Assembly: GCF_001194135.2 (NCBI RefSeq)
Contig: NC_068989.1
Coordinates: 67,321,408 to 67,385,407, forward strand
DNA length: 64,000 nt
Direction of reading: 5' to 3'
From: Octopus bimaculoides
Taxonomy: Eukaryota
Made by a program: the position numbers and the translations under genes. Positions within the stretch are counted from its first letter, which is position 1. Every line of letters starts with the position of its first letter. Positions 52,400 through 64,000 of the stretch are shown here, in pieces. The notes beneath the pieces were generated by a model. It had not been told where the DNA came from. It made no database searches and saw nothing but the letters and a program-made list of their open reading frames with translations.

Positions 52400-53744
52400 G
52401 TAAGTTTATCTTTGGTACATTCATAATATTGATTATTGATCTGTTGTGATACGTTTTAGATTTAATGTTTCTGTGAGTGAGGTGAAATTACACACATACA
52501 TAGAATAAAAGGCAGAAAAATGTAAATTTCATTATTTGTGTTCAACCCATTGAGCACAAATTATGAACTGTACATGAAATTTATACTTTTTTGCATTCTG
52601 TCCTAAATATGTTGTTCTCAACAATTGTTTTAGCTGATTCTGTATATACATGCAAGTTTGTTCCACTTGGATTTACTGCTTTGTAATAATATATTAATTT
52701 AACATGTTATTAACTGAGCTTGTAATTACTATGGATACATGAGGTGTTCGTTTGGTATGTTGATTTTCTGTTTATTTCTATGTGTCTTGACCATATTATC
52801 ATGATCTATAATTTAGTCTGTTTTTAAGGGGCTAGCTTTGAGAGTTGCATTTCCTCGCGTTTGGTAAAAATGAGTTTATTATGGTAGTTTGACCTTAGAG
52901 TCCCTCATAGCTTGAGGCATTCATGTATAGTAATGCCCTTATATATATATATATATATATATACATATATATANNNNNNNNNNNNNNNNNNNNNNNNNNN
53001 NNNNNNNNNNNNNNNNNNNNNNNNNNNNNNNNNNNNNNNNNNNNNNNNNNNNNNNNNNNNNNNNNNNNNNNNNNNNNNNNNNNNNNNNNNNNNNNNNNNN
53101 NNNNNNNNNNNNNNNNNNNNNNNNNNNNNNNNNNNNNNNNNNNNNNNNNNNNNNNNNNNNNNNNNNNNNNNNNNNNNNNNNNNNNNNNNNNNNNNNNNNN
53201 NNNNNNNNNNNNNNNNNNNNNNNNNNNNNNNNNNNNNNNNNNNNNNNNNNNNNNNNNNNNNNNNNNNNNNNNNNNNNNNNNNNNNNNNNNNNNNNNNNNN
53301 NNNNNNNNNNNNNNNNNNNNNNATATATATATATATATATAGGATAGAGACCAAGGAAGATTTCATGAATGACAATGGGATTCTAGAAAGTTACCCTCCA
53401 AGGCACAAGTCCAGGCAAGGTTGTTTATGGAAGACCAGCAGTTGCCCATGCATACCAGCCTCCCCTCTCCATTCATGTATGAATTGATGCAGAGAATATG
53501 TTATTTCAGTGAATATCTTCTATGTATCAACTTAATAATTTGTAAAGAACTCATTGCTTCTTGTTAAAAATTATGGTAAAGCAGAGGAAGAAATGCATAT
53601 CTGTAAATATATCCATTGTTAGGTAGTTAAAATGGATTTCCAATAATAGCTGTTGAACTTAGAATCTGAGTTACTTCACCTAACCCATTAGCATTGTTGG
53701 GTAGGTGTGAGAAGCTGGATCTGGCCTGATTCTACATAAAGCAG

Positions 53745-53918
53745 AGAAAGGCAAAAGTCAATGCAGCTTGGCACCAGTGACATCACAACTCATTTCTACA
53801 GCTGAGTGAACTGTAGCAATGAAATAAAGTGTCTTGCTCAAAAACACAACACACAACTTGGTCCAGGAATTGAACTCACTACCTCATGCTTGTGAGTCCA
53901 ACCACTGAGCCATGTACT
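53745..53918 (-). mobile_element. tRNA-head SINE (family S3)
   Basis: Reverse complement reads atggctcagtggttggactcacaagcatgaggtagtgagttcaattcctggacc...gagcaagacactttatttc. Confidence 0.65.
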
Positions 53919-53949
53919 ATGTCTATCTACCTATCTATCTCTCTAATAG

Positions 53950-53951
<2 letters not shown>

Positions 53952-54011
<60 letters not shown>
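53952..54011. repeat. (TA)n microsatellite
   Basis: Direct reading; (TA)n also borders the gaps at 39837, 43898 and 52974. Confidence 0.95.
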
Positions 54012-54013
<2 letters not shown>

Positions 54014-54564
54014 AAAGTTAAGTGGATATATAAATTTGTTCATGTCAGATAGTGTGCATCAGAAACCTCAGAGAATGTTACTTATTTCAGCTAAACTGCT
54101 TTCATTTTCCCCCATGTGGGATATATATAAGATATTTTGTTATATCACCTTACAAAGAAGAATGTAAAACAGTACTCATTCAAAATACATTTCTACTTTA
54201 TACTTTCTGTTGGTATACCTGCTTCTGAATGATCTTTTCATTGCCTCGTACTGTCTCGTCATTGTAATTAGTATTGTATTTTGTATTTCTGAAACGATTT
54301 ATTAATAGAATAATAAACATTGATCAGTTTATTAATATCATCTTTTTATGTTTTTGTTATTGTATTTTGTTAAGTATAATTTCCTGTATGAATTGATTTA
54401 GAGAATATGTTATTTCAGTGAATATCTTCTATGTATCAACTTTGTAAAGAACTCATTGCTTCTTGTTAAAAATTATGATAAAGCAGAGGAAGAAATGCAT
54501 ATCTGTAAATATATCCATTGTTAGGTAGTTCAAATGGATTTCCAATAATAGCTGAGTTCTTCAC

Positions 54565-54676
54565 CTAACCCATTAGCATTGTTGGGTAGGTGTGAGAAGC
54601 TGGATCTGGCCTGTTTCTACATAAAGCAGGTAGAATATATGGCTGGATATGGCCAGTTTAAATGCTAAAGAGTTAA
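54565..54676 (+). mobile_element. MITE family B, internally deleted copy
   Basis: ctaacccattagcatt joined directly to the 3' half ...tttaaatgctaaagagttaa. Confidence 0.55.
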
Positions 54677-54821
54677 GTTATCCCAACAAATTGAAAAATC
54701 AAATGATTGATCTATCTTGGTTATTGGCTGCTTTCTATATTTTTTATATTGTAACAGAGATGTTTGTAATGGTATAGGATATAATTTTATATATTTTCTT
54801 TGTGACATCTTTCATTTGCAG

Positions 54822-54927
54822 GTTCCATACATACAATGGAACTCGGCCATCAGAAACAGTACCATCAGGAGCTCAGGTAACAGAAGAAGCTGTATTTGCT
54901 AAACCACCCGATGCCAGAACACCACGG
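54822..54927 (+). CDS. USP9X: USP9X coding exon 4 (FHTYNGTRPSETVPSGAQVTEEAVFAKPPDARTPR)
   Basis: Acceptor ttcatttgcag ends 54821; donor gtattt at 54928; 106 nt, phase 2 to 0; matches FHIYNGTRP...FARSPDPRSPK of USP9X. Confidence 0.93.
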
Positions 54928-56194
54928 GTATTTGTTATTTTTTTTTTTGTTATTTCTTTGTGTGTGTGTGTGATTACATTGTGTTTTGGTTTGCACATAG
55001 AAAAACAGACATTAAACTATCCACAGATGTAAGTGAAATGTGTAATTAATTATATGTGCATATGTATATGTTACAAGAACATTGAACCTACATTATAATT
55101 GGATGCAGCTACTTCATTAGATATCTACTAATGTCACTGAAAATACAGTAGTTAGTTAATCTGCTCAGTAAGAATCATAGATACATGCTAAAATACTCAT
55201 ATGAAATCATCATCATCATCATCTAGATTTAGTTGATGCTAGATACACAAGCTTTTTAATTATAAGAAATATAATCCTTGAAATATATCATGAAAATAAT
55301 TAAGCACTATTCTGACCTCTTCTCTCATACTTTATCTCCTCATGTCCTAGCGTTTTGTTGCCTCTCTCAGAGTTCATAATTTTACAAGCTGCATGGTAAC
55401 TTCACTGGTGCTGGTGGCATGAAAAAAAGCTTCTAGTACATGCTGTGAAGTGGTTGGCTTCAAGAAGGGCATCCAGCTATAGAAGTCAGACCAAAGTAGA
55501 CAGTGGAATATAATGAAGTTTTGGGGCCAGTTAGATCCTGTCAAACCATCCAATTCATGCCAGCCTGGCATAGACATTAAATGATGATGAATATTTTAAT
55601 GTTTTTTTTTTATGTACATTTTGGATTTATTTAATTTTGGCACATTTATCCCTGGAACATGACTGTGATCTAAATGAGTAGATTAAGTATTTTAAGATTT
55701 AATAATGAAATTTTAGCAAATATATTCCATATAATGTAGCGGCCAGTAAACATTTTATATCACTGACCCCTTTGTGCTATCATTGATAACCTGTAAAGTG
55801 GTTGGTGCTAAGAAGGGCATCCAACTGTAGAGGCCATGTCAAAGTAGATGTTGGAGCTTGACATAGTCCTCAGGCTTGTTGAACCATGTCAAAACATCCA
55901 ACCTATGCCACTACGGAAGACAGACGTTAAATGATGTTAAATGATAGTCATGCTGGCTCCCCCAAATGTAAATGAGATGTCTTCACCTTCCAAGAATGTA
56001 AATGAACATATATAACTGATGTGGATATTAAAACAACAGTGAAAACTTAGTTCACTCTGTTTTAATTTTCAAAAAAATTGATGCTTCTTAGTTTATTTCA
56101 GTTGCAACACAAGCACGATATGCACATAACCATAATTTGTAATTGACTAGTCTAGAATTTGTACTTAGTGTCAGCAAGGTAGACTGATATACAA

Positions 56195-56401
56195 TTTTTT
56201 TATTGCCCACAGGGGGCTAAACATAGAGGAGACAAACAAGGACAGACAAAGGGAGTAAGTTGATTACATTGACTCCAGTGTGTAACTGGTACTTATTTAA
56301 TTGACCCCAAAAGATGAATGGCAAAGTTGACCTCAGTGGAATTTGAACTCAGAACGTAACGGCAGATGAAATACTGCTAACGATTCTGCCAGCTCGCCGC
56401 C
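56195..56401 (-). mobile_element. CORE-like SINE S2
   Basis: Reverse complement begins ggcggcgagctggcagaatcgttagc; has ttctgagttcaaattcc (B box) and a gggcaataaaaaa tail. Confidence 0.8.
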
Positions 56402-59400
56402 CTATGCAATATATTGCATCAATACTTGAGTAACTAGATCAGATCTCATGATCATAGTTAAAAATGCTAAGACTCATACAAAAAAAAAAAAAATGATTGG
56501 ATGTTAAGCTCTATTTTATGGTTGAATAATAAACATATATTTCAAAATATACCCAAGACCTTGGGCTAAACAACAGCTAAAAGTCTAATAAAACATAAAA
56601 TTTATAATAAACTGACACACACACACACACACACACCCTATCATCACTGCCGACATACTATTTTATATATAAAATCATTTTTTATTATTTCTATGTTTGC
56701 TTTTTCCATGCTGGTTTAAGTTGGACTGTTAGTTGTTATTTCAAGTTACTGCCCTCTTAGATGGTTGGGGACTGTATTTGGCTTTTATGTTTCATTTTTG
56801 GCATGGTTTCTAGAGTTGGGTACCCTTCCTTTCATCAACCACATTACATAGTATATTGGGTGTACACTGTAATGTAGTCAACAATAGGAAGACAATATAG
56901 GGTCATAGTTGTTCCTGATAAAACCCTATGATGGCTTTATTTGTTTGTTGATCAGTACCAGTAAATGGTTTTGTCCTTAGCAGATATTGGTACTTGGAAG
57001 AGCATCCAGCTGTTGAAACCATGCCAAAACTGAATCATTAGTGCTTGATGGGATCCTTCCACCTGGTGGCTCCTGTCAAACCATTTAACCCATGCCAGCA
57101 TAGAAAATGTACATAAAATGATGATGATAGATAGAAGAGAGATTGATGAAAAAGGACTACAGTGAGAACATGATATAGGAGAGAGAGTAAAGGTAGGGAG
57201 AAAGTGATAGACAACCATGGTCATTGTTGGTAAGGAGACCAGTTGAAATAGCATGGGATGGGCAGTGTGATGGAGAAAGAGAATGATAAGAAGATGGAGG
57301 GATAGTACTAGTAGTGAGAGGGTTGGGAGAGGGTGAGGCTGATAGATGTCAGCAATGAGCATTGGGAGAAAAGGGAGTTAAATGGAACTGAGTGATGGAT
57401 GGTAATAAAGATGGGTGGTGGTAAGAGAGTGGGAATGTAGATATTGATGGATGTGAGTAATGAGTAATAGGGGAAGTAGTAATGGAAAAAAAAAAGAGAA
57501 ACATAAATAGCAATAAAGATAGGATAATGGGGACATTGACTATGGATAGATCTGATACTATACCAGTCCTCTTAACACAAGAAAGAGATAGTGTTAAAAA
57601 GGAGACACATTGGTACAAGAGGGGTGAGTAATAGATGAGAAAGAGGAATGAAGAGAGGAAAAGCATGATATATGATAAACATAATGGTCTGGAGAGATCC
57701 AATTGAAGATATTATACATAATTTCCATCACCCTCATCATGTTACATCCATTTGTCCCCCATCCTTGCATATTGTTTACTGTGTTTTCTCTAGCACAGTG
57801 CTTTCACTCCCGGCACAAGTTGCCCTCCTCTGTTGTCTCTTTTGTGAAGTTGATCTACTTTAGATTAATCATCTTTGGCCTCTTGCTTTTATATATCCTA
57901 TCCTCTTTGGGTGGTTGATATTTTATAGAATTGGTGTCCCCCCCCCCTCTCTCTCATCCATTTTTTCCCCTCAACTTAGTTGTGCTCTTTAATCTCTAAC
58001 ACTATCATTACAATTCCAGTGGAGTATGCTCACCTTCTCTTCCACGTTCTCCCTACCATGCTACATTGCTCTTTGTGCAAGCCTTGTAGAAATTACCTTT
58101 CATTCTGAAAGAGAAACCCTTTGTTACTAGCAGAAGTTACAACTCTGAACTTTTTTTTTCTAAACTTATAAACTCTGCTTCCAGAACACCTACTGCTGCT
58201 ACTCATTAGTGGTTACTCACTGCAGTAACAAAAGCCATCAACTATTTCTCAGAAGCCCTCTGAGCATTTGTAGAATTTATTGAACTTATACCTATACTGC
58301 TAATTACTCCTATATATCAGTTTGCCTGTAATTCCATGCCACTTCTTTATGACTATAGTTTACAGTAGGTACACTGTATGGAATTCCTACCGATTCCTTT
58401 TCAGAACATTGAGAATTGCCATTATTTTTCTTATGGCAATTGAATTTTGTTTTCTTTCTTGCTAACTAATTCTTTAGTCAGAGTTTTGCTTTCAACTTTG
58501 TAATTTCTTCTCCAAATTTATGACTGATTGAACTATAAGAACTAGGTCAGATGCATACAGATGCATTGCTATTATGGCCTGGAAAACTATAATAAACAGA
58601 AAATTAGGCTCAATACTGAACCCTGATGCATACTATCATTCATGATAAAATTTCTTGTTGAACTTGTTAATCCTCACCTGACTGGCAGCAGCTCTATACA
58701 TGGACTGCATGGTTCTCAAGCCATTCATTTATTCCTAATTTTCTAACTGGTCACTAGATTACAGTGTGTAGAATTTTGTTAAAAAGCCTTCTCCTGGTTG
58801 ACAAAGCTAGGGAGAGTGGCTTACTCCTTCCTAGCTAAGCACTTGTCTTGTATTGTCTCACTTGGAAGTGAGTATTGGTGGTACTCTGTTTGAGCATAAA
58901 TTTGAACTGTGTCTTGTCTAAGCTAATTTTCTTCCTAATCAGTTGTGCTATATAATTGTTTCAGCTATTTTCTCGACCTTGGCCATCAGTTTGATGCTTC
59001 TAGAGTTGCTTTATTTTAAAATATCTCCTTTGCTTCTGTAGCATTTAATGAAGATATTGCTACACCAGTCATTTTGTATAATACTTTTGTGTGTGCAACA
59101 ACCTGATTAACTATGTGAGAGTGACTAGTATGTGACCTACTTCACCAGATATTTTGAGCATTTTTGGTTCTATCCTCAATGGCCCAGCTATTTTCTCTGC
59201 CTTTGTGTCCTCGGCTGCACTTTTAACTTTATCATCAATGTCATTGGCTAGTCTGACTGAGTTTCTTTGGGTTAGGCCTTCACTCTCTTCTACATATAAT
59301 GAAGGGCAAGTGCACAGTTCTCTAAGAAAGAAAAAATACCATTTGTGCCTGTTTGTTTTTTCTTTTTTCAGCCAGAACAGATATGGTGTAGCTCCCACCT

Positions 59401-59564
59401 CCCACTCTGTCTTTCATTCTCTTTCTCACTCTAATTGTCCCTCTCTCATTCTCTTTTTCTGCATTCTATTTCTGGTTTTCACTAAGAGTAGACCAGACAA
59501 ACTCAGTTAAGACGAAACTTTCTTTGACTTGCTGTTATTTTTGCTCATCACCAGTATTAATCAT

Positions 59565-59890
59565 CATCATCATCATCGTTTAACGTCCGCTTTCCATGCT
59601 AGCATGGGTTGGACGATTTGACTGAGGACTGGTGAAACCAGATGGCTACACCAGGCTCCAATCTGATTTGGCAGAGTTTCTACAGCTGGATGCCCTTCTT
59701 AACACCAACCACTCCGAGAGTGTAGTGGGTGCTTTTATGTGCCATCGGCACGAAGGTCAGTCAAGCGGTACTGGCAACGGCCACGCTCAAAATGGTGTAT
59801 TTTATGTGCCACCCGCACAAGAGCCAGTCCAGGGGCACTGGCAACGATCTTGCTCGAAAGTCCTTACACATGCCACGGGCACAAGTGCCG
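59565..59890 (-). mobile_element. ATG-tail SINE-like element, young copy
   Basis: catcatcatcgtttaacgtccgctttccatgctagcatgggttggacgatttgactgagg...; two internal units. Confidence 0.8.
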
Positions 59891-60748
59891 TTTTTATTAA
59901 TTAATTAGTCATTTCATCATGGGAAAGTTAATTAAGATTTGTGTTTTGCTTTACCAAAATTTTTTGTTCTATTTTTTTAACCCAGAAAAGAATGTCGGGT
60001 TGCCTACTTTTTGTTTCCAACTCCCACACACTCGCACATGGGTTTCCCCCATCGTATGATGCATATTTTGGAAGTATACTTTTTCTACCATGGGTTTTAT
60101 CAGAAAATAGAGCTTACATGCAATAGTTATAGTTTAACTTTTATCAAATTTCTTGGTGCTTATGCAAAATGATGAAGTGAATGATAATTTTCAAAAGAAA
60201 AATATTACCATAGAATTAAACAAGAAAAATTCCTCATTTGTATAACTCCTCACATAATTTTGTCATTTACTCCCTCTCCTCCTCCATCTCAGTGGTTCTT
60301 TCTCTCATTCTGTGTGTGTAGCATTCATTTACTCATTGTGTGCCACCTAGCCTGGTATGTACACTGATCTTGCACCCCTTTTTTACTATCTCTCTGCATC
60401 TTTATATGATGTAAAGCATGACTGGAGAAATCACCCAACTAACAAACATTTACATCAGTTATTATATATATATTATATATATACACATAATAGTTGCTGT
60501 GGAAAACAGAAATGGGAAAAGCATTAGTTTGAAATAAATAATATATGAATGCATAACCCATGCTAGCATGGAAAGCGGACGTTAAACGATGATGATGATA
60601 TTTGTTGATGATGTCCAATGTAAAGATATTTTGAAATGTATTAAATATTTTCTGAAAGCGCCTTCTTTTTTTTATAATGCTTAGTTTCACATTGCCATGT
60701 TGATTTTTTTTTTTTTTTAAACAAAAAATATTGTTCAACTTTCTGCAG

Positions 60749-60864
60749 GGGTGGCTGGTCGATCTGGTAAATAAATTTGGACAAATGGAAGGATTCCAAA
60801 TTATTCTTGACCGTTTCACAAAAGGTCCCCAATTATCGGTGCCTGTGATAGCTGCACTGGTGAA
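60749..60864 (+). CDS. USP9X: USP9X coding exon 5 ([38 protein letters not shown](K))
   Basis: Acceptor ctttctgcag ends 60748; donor gtatgt at 60865; 116 nt, phase 0 to 2. Confidence 0.96.
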
Positions 60865-61353
60865 GTATGTGAATTATATTTATTTATTAATTTATCTTTT
60901 CTTAGAAATAAATTGTACATTTTAATAGAATTTAGCATGTTTAAATTTTAAAATTTTGTTGATGTAATTTTGGCTTGTTTACTCTCATCTTTGACCCTTT
61001 TATTATGAAAATCATATATATACATATATCTACTCGAAATTTAATTATCCTTAACTGCAGAAAGCTGTTTTATGTATCAATCTAACTTTTGTTGAAGAAT
61101 GTCATATTTGAAACTTTTTTCTGCTGAGATATGTCAAGTTTCACAGGAAATACCAATTCTATTTGTTGGTAGATATTTAACATCATTACTGGAATAACCA
61201 TGAAATTTATTTTTATCATTAAAATCTTAAGGTAATTAATTACAAAGGAGCTTAGGGTAAGATGCCTCTGATATTTTCTATGCTGATGACCTGATTCTCA
61301 TTCCAGAATCTGTTGGAGGACAGTAGGGGAAATTCAAATTCTAGAAGACTCCA

Positions 61354-61453
61354 GATACTTTGTGATACTCAGTGATACTTTGTGATACTCAGTGATACTT
61401 TGTGATACTCAGTGATACTTTGTGATACTCAGTCATACTTTGTGATACTCAGT
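61354..61453 (+). repeat. 20-bp minisatellite x5 (gatactttgtgatactcagt)
   Basis: Four perfect units and one with a single substitution. Confidence 0.95.
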
Positions 61454-61549
61454 CCATGTTAAATAACAGACAATGTTAACTGAGTAAATTATTTTCATAT
61501 TGGTGAATATATAGAGCTATATTGTTTTTCTTTTCTCTCTTTTTTCTAG

Positions 61550-61616
61550 ACCATTTGGTCAGTGCTCCGAAGTACTGACTCCTTATGCTATCCAAAAATA
61601 TTTCATGCCAATTGTG
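61550..61616 (+). CDS. USP9X: USP9X coding exon 6 (PFGQCSEVLTPYAIQKYFMPIV)
   Basis: Long pyrimidine tract and tag ending 61549; donor gtgagt at 61617; 67 nt, phase 2 to 0; PFGQC motif. Confidence 0.94.
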
Positions 61617-62425
61617 GTGAGTATTTAATAAGGGTTTCACATATTAAGGCATAAATTTATTTTGTATATTAAAAATGTGATACAGTAATTTTTACTCTTT
61701 TAGTTATTTGTTTCTGAATAATTATTGAGAATCAAAATTTTGTTTTTGTAATGATGCTTAATATAAAAAGAATATAGTAGGTTAAATATGTTTGTGCATT
61801 AAGTAACCTTTCGGTTGTTGGTTCACTTACAAAATCTTTGGATATATATTTGTGAAATTAGCAATCTACAAGGTTGCCTAGTTTGTGGGACATGATCCTG
61901 TGTTGCAGGCATTGTTTTACTGGATCTAGACACTAATTTCTTCTTTACTTAAAGCTATAAATCCTTATTCTAAATTTTCTTGCAATGACTTGTATTGAAC
62001 ATTTTAACTTTTTTATGTTTTCTTAATGATGGTTCCTCATAAGTGTAATGTTTTATGGTGGTCGTGTCATGTATACTGCTTTCAATAAAAAATAAATTAT
62101 GTGGAGATAAAGTCTTTCATTGTAATGGGAACACCAGAATTGATAGATGTAGGGTTTCAATAATGTAGATTTAAGTTTTTACTTAATTGATAGCACTTGA
62201 ATATCTAATAGAAGAATGAAGAGAGAATTATGATTCTGCCTTAGAATATTGAACTGATTGTTGGAAATAAAAATGTTTCTGATTAAATCTTATTAAAGAT
62301 TGAAGCTTTTATTATAAATAAACATGAGCAGTGCTGTTTATAACTAAAACAGCCATCAGATTTTTGAAATTATAATGGTCTGAGAATCAAGTAAAATAAA
62401 CACATGAATTTTCTTCTAATTTTAG

Positions 62426-62610
62426 GAAATAGTTCCTAAATTTTTGGACAACTTAACAGATGATGAACTGAAAAAGGAGTCCAAATCAGAAATAAAAAAT
62501 GATGGGTTATCAGCAATAATAAAAGCACTGAAACAATTGGTGTCCCGTGTACCGAATCAGGAAGAGACTGTGAAGAATTTGGAAATCTTTCGTTTGAAAA
62601 TGATTTTAAG
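62426..62610 (+). CDS. USP9X: USP9X coding exon 7 ([61 protein letters not shown](R))
   Basis: Acceptor ctaattttag ends 62425; donor gtaagt at 62611; 185 nt, phase 0 to 2. Confidence 0.96.
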
Positions 62611-62979
62611 GTAAGTTGTTGACATATATTGTGATGACTATATTTTTGGAGCTAAGTTATCTTTTTGTATTACTTGTAATCTCAATCTTATTTCAAGTTA
62701 ATTTTGTCAGTGATCTCTAGTTAGCTAATCTATTGTTGCCATATCACTTGCATCAATTAATGTGTAAGAAGCGAAGAAATTTGTTGATAGCCTATTGCCA
62801 TCAGTCTGCATGTAGCAACTAGCTGTCTATAAGGAATGTAAAATGCATCTTCTTGAGTGTGGGGCTTGGGGAATGTGTCGCAAAGGCAGAACTTAGAAAA
62901 GAGGCACCGAGTTTGTTTTCATGATCATTCCCCTCCTCTTTATATATATATATATGTGTGTGTGTGTGTAATGTTAGTA

Positions 62980-63345
62980 TGTACACATGACAGAGTGTAA
63001 GCGCCCTGAGAGAAAAGTTAGATTTAAGAAGCATCCAATGTGGCGTGCAAGAGAGACGACTGCGCTAGTATGGTCATGTGTTGCGAATGAATGAGGACAG
63101 CTGTGTGAAAAAGTGTCACACCCTAGCAGTTGAGGGAACTTGTAGAAGAGGTAGACCCAGGAAAACCTGGGATAAGGTGGTGAAGCACAATCTTCGAACA
63201 TTGGGCCTTACCGAGGCAATGACTAGTGACCAAAACCTTTGGAGATATGCTGTGCTTGAAAAGACCTGACAGGCCAAGTGAGGCCATAGCCCATGGCCTA
63301 TGCCAGTGGGTATAACCAGCCCACTTATGAATACCCCTCATTCAT
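62980..63345 (+). mobile_element. RTE-clade LINE 3' fragment
   Basis: SVSALREKLDLRSIQCGVQERRLR*YGHVLRMNEDSCVKKCHTLAVEGTCRRGRPRKTWDKVVKHNLRTLGLTEAMTSDQNLWRYAVLEKT; the RLRWYGHV and RGRPRKTW motifs are typical of RTE ORF2, with one TGG-to-TAG stop at 63066. Confidence 0.85.
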
Positions 63346-63664
63346 TAGACAAACTTTGCTTGGATGTGCTTTTAAAATATAGCAAGAGATGAATGGAAAT
63401 GTCGATATGCTTATAGAAAGTAACATAACATTATGGAAATTTTTAGAGCAAATGATTTTAATTATTAATTACATTATATTCAAGGTAGATGAAATGTAGT
63501 TAAGGATTGTATGTGATTGTGTTGTGCGTTTGATATTTTAATTTTTAATTGATATAAATCAACTGAAAATTAACAAAATCTACATTTTAAAGTTTACTTA
63601 TTTAATGCCATTTTTGAAATTAATTGTATACATTAGTATTCACTTAAATTCTTTTTATATTACA

Positions 63665-64000
63665 TATGGTTGTGTGGGTAAGAAGTTCGCTTCCCAACCA
63701 CGTGGTTATAGCTTCAGTCCCACCGCGTAGCACCTTGGGTGAGTGCCTTTTACTATAGCCCAAAGCTGACCAAAGCTTTGTGAGTGAATTACGTAGGCAG
63801 AAGCTGAAAGAAGCCTGTGTGTGTATACGCATATATAATGTGTGTGCATGTATGTGATTGTATTTCCTTGGTTTGACACCACTCAGTAGTTGTAAATGAG
63901 TGTCCCTGTCATACAAGTGGTGTCTTTCATTTCCAATATTCCATGGAAGCATATCTGGTTATGGGGGAAATATTACCTTGCTTGGAAACAGGCGAGGGTT
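63665..64000 (+). mobile_element. SINE S1 copy, runs off the window end
   Basis: atggttgtgtgggtaagaagttcgcttcccaaccacgtgg...cagtcccaccgcgtagcaccttggg...ggaaacaggcgagggtt. Confidence 0.8.

Larger units (their letters stand above)
53476..54629 (+). repeat. Local direct duplication (53476-53744 and 54385-54629)
   Basis: About 250 bp nearly identical apart from two indels. Confidence 0.85.
48294..64000 (+). other. USP9X: USP9X/fat facets orthologue, 5' part of gene (first coding exon acceptor to window end; gene continues downstream)
   Basis: Seven exons with canonical AG/GT boundaries and compatible phases (1,0,2,0,2,0,2) translate to a continuous protein collinear with the USP9X N-terminus as I recall it ([29 protein letters not shown], [29 protein letters not shown], GWLVDLxNKFG, [17 protein letters not shown]). 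The catalytic USP domain is outside the window. Confidence 0.95.

Noticed and set aside
54873-54884. Internal donor-like CAG|GTAACA in exon 4
   Set aside because: Use would delete the conserved FAKPPDARTPR segment; no evidence beyond the motif.
1-64000. CRISPR arrays, operons, rRNA genes or prokaryotic systems
   Set aside because: The sequence is eukaryotic intron-exon DNA; the tandem repeats have no unique spacers, and no rRNA-like or cas-like sequence was seen.

Overview
Eukaryotic, AT-rich, repeat-dense genomic DNA from a draft assembly with six N-gaps. The SINE and microsatellite landscape resembles Octopus (coleoid cephalopod); this is inferred from recognised repeats, not from a search. 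One protein-coding gene is supported: the 5' part of a USP9X/fat facets deubiquitinase orthologue on the + strand. Seven GT-AG coding exons between 48305 and 62610 splice in frame to 1022 nt (340 codons + 2 nt), and the gene continues beyond the window. Positions 1-48293 look like one very large 5' intron or UTR region. CpG is enriched in the first ~650 bp, suggesting the promoter lies just upstream. The rest is tRNA-derived SINEs, TTAA-flanked piggyBac-like MITEs (two nested), decayed RTE, CR1-group and Penelope-like retroelements, foldback elements and microsatellites. Best second-look items are a minimal hammerhead-ribozyme-like fold with a variant core in a Penelope-type end (31987-32024), three dsRNA-forming inverted repeats, and two candidate 5'-UTR micro-exons, one of which would create a uORF abutting the start codon. 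Almost all ORFs in the supplied track are spurious (repeats, microsatellites, N-gaps). Repeat coordinates are approximate unless stated otherwise.
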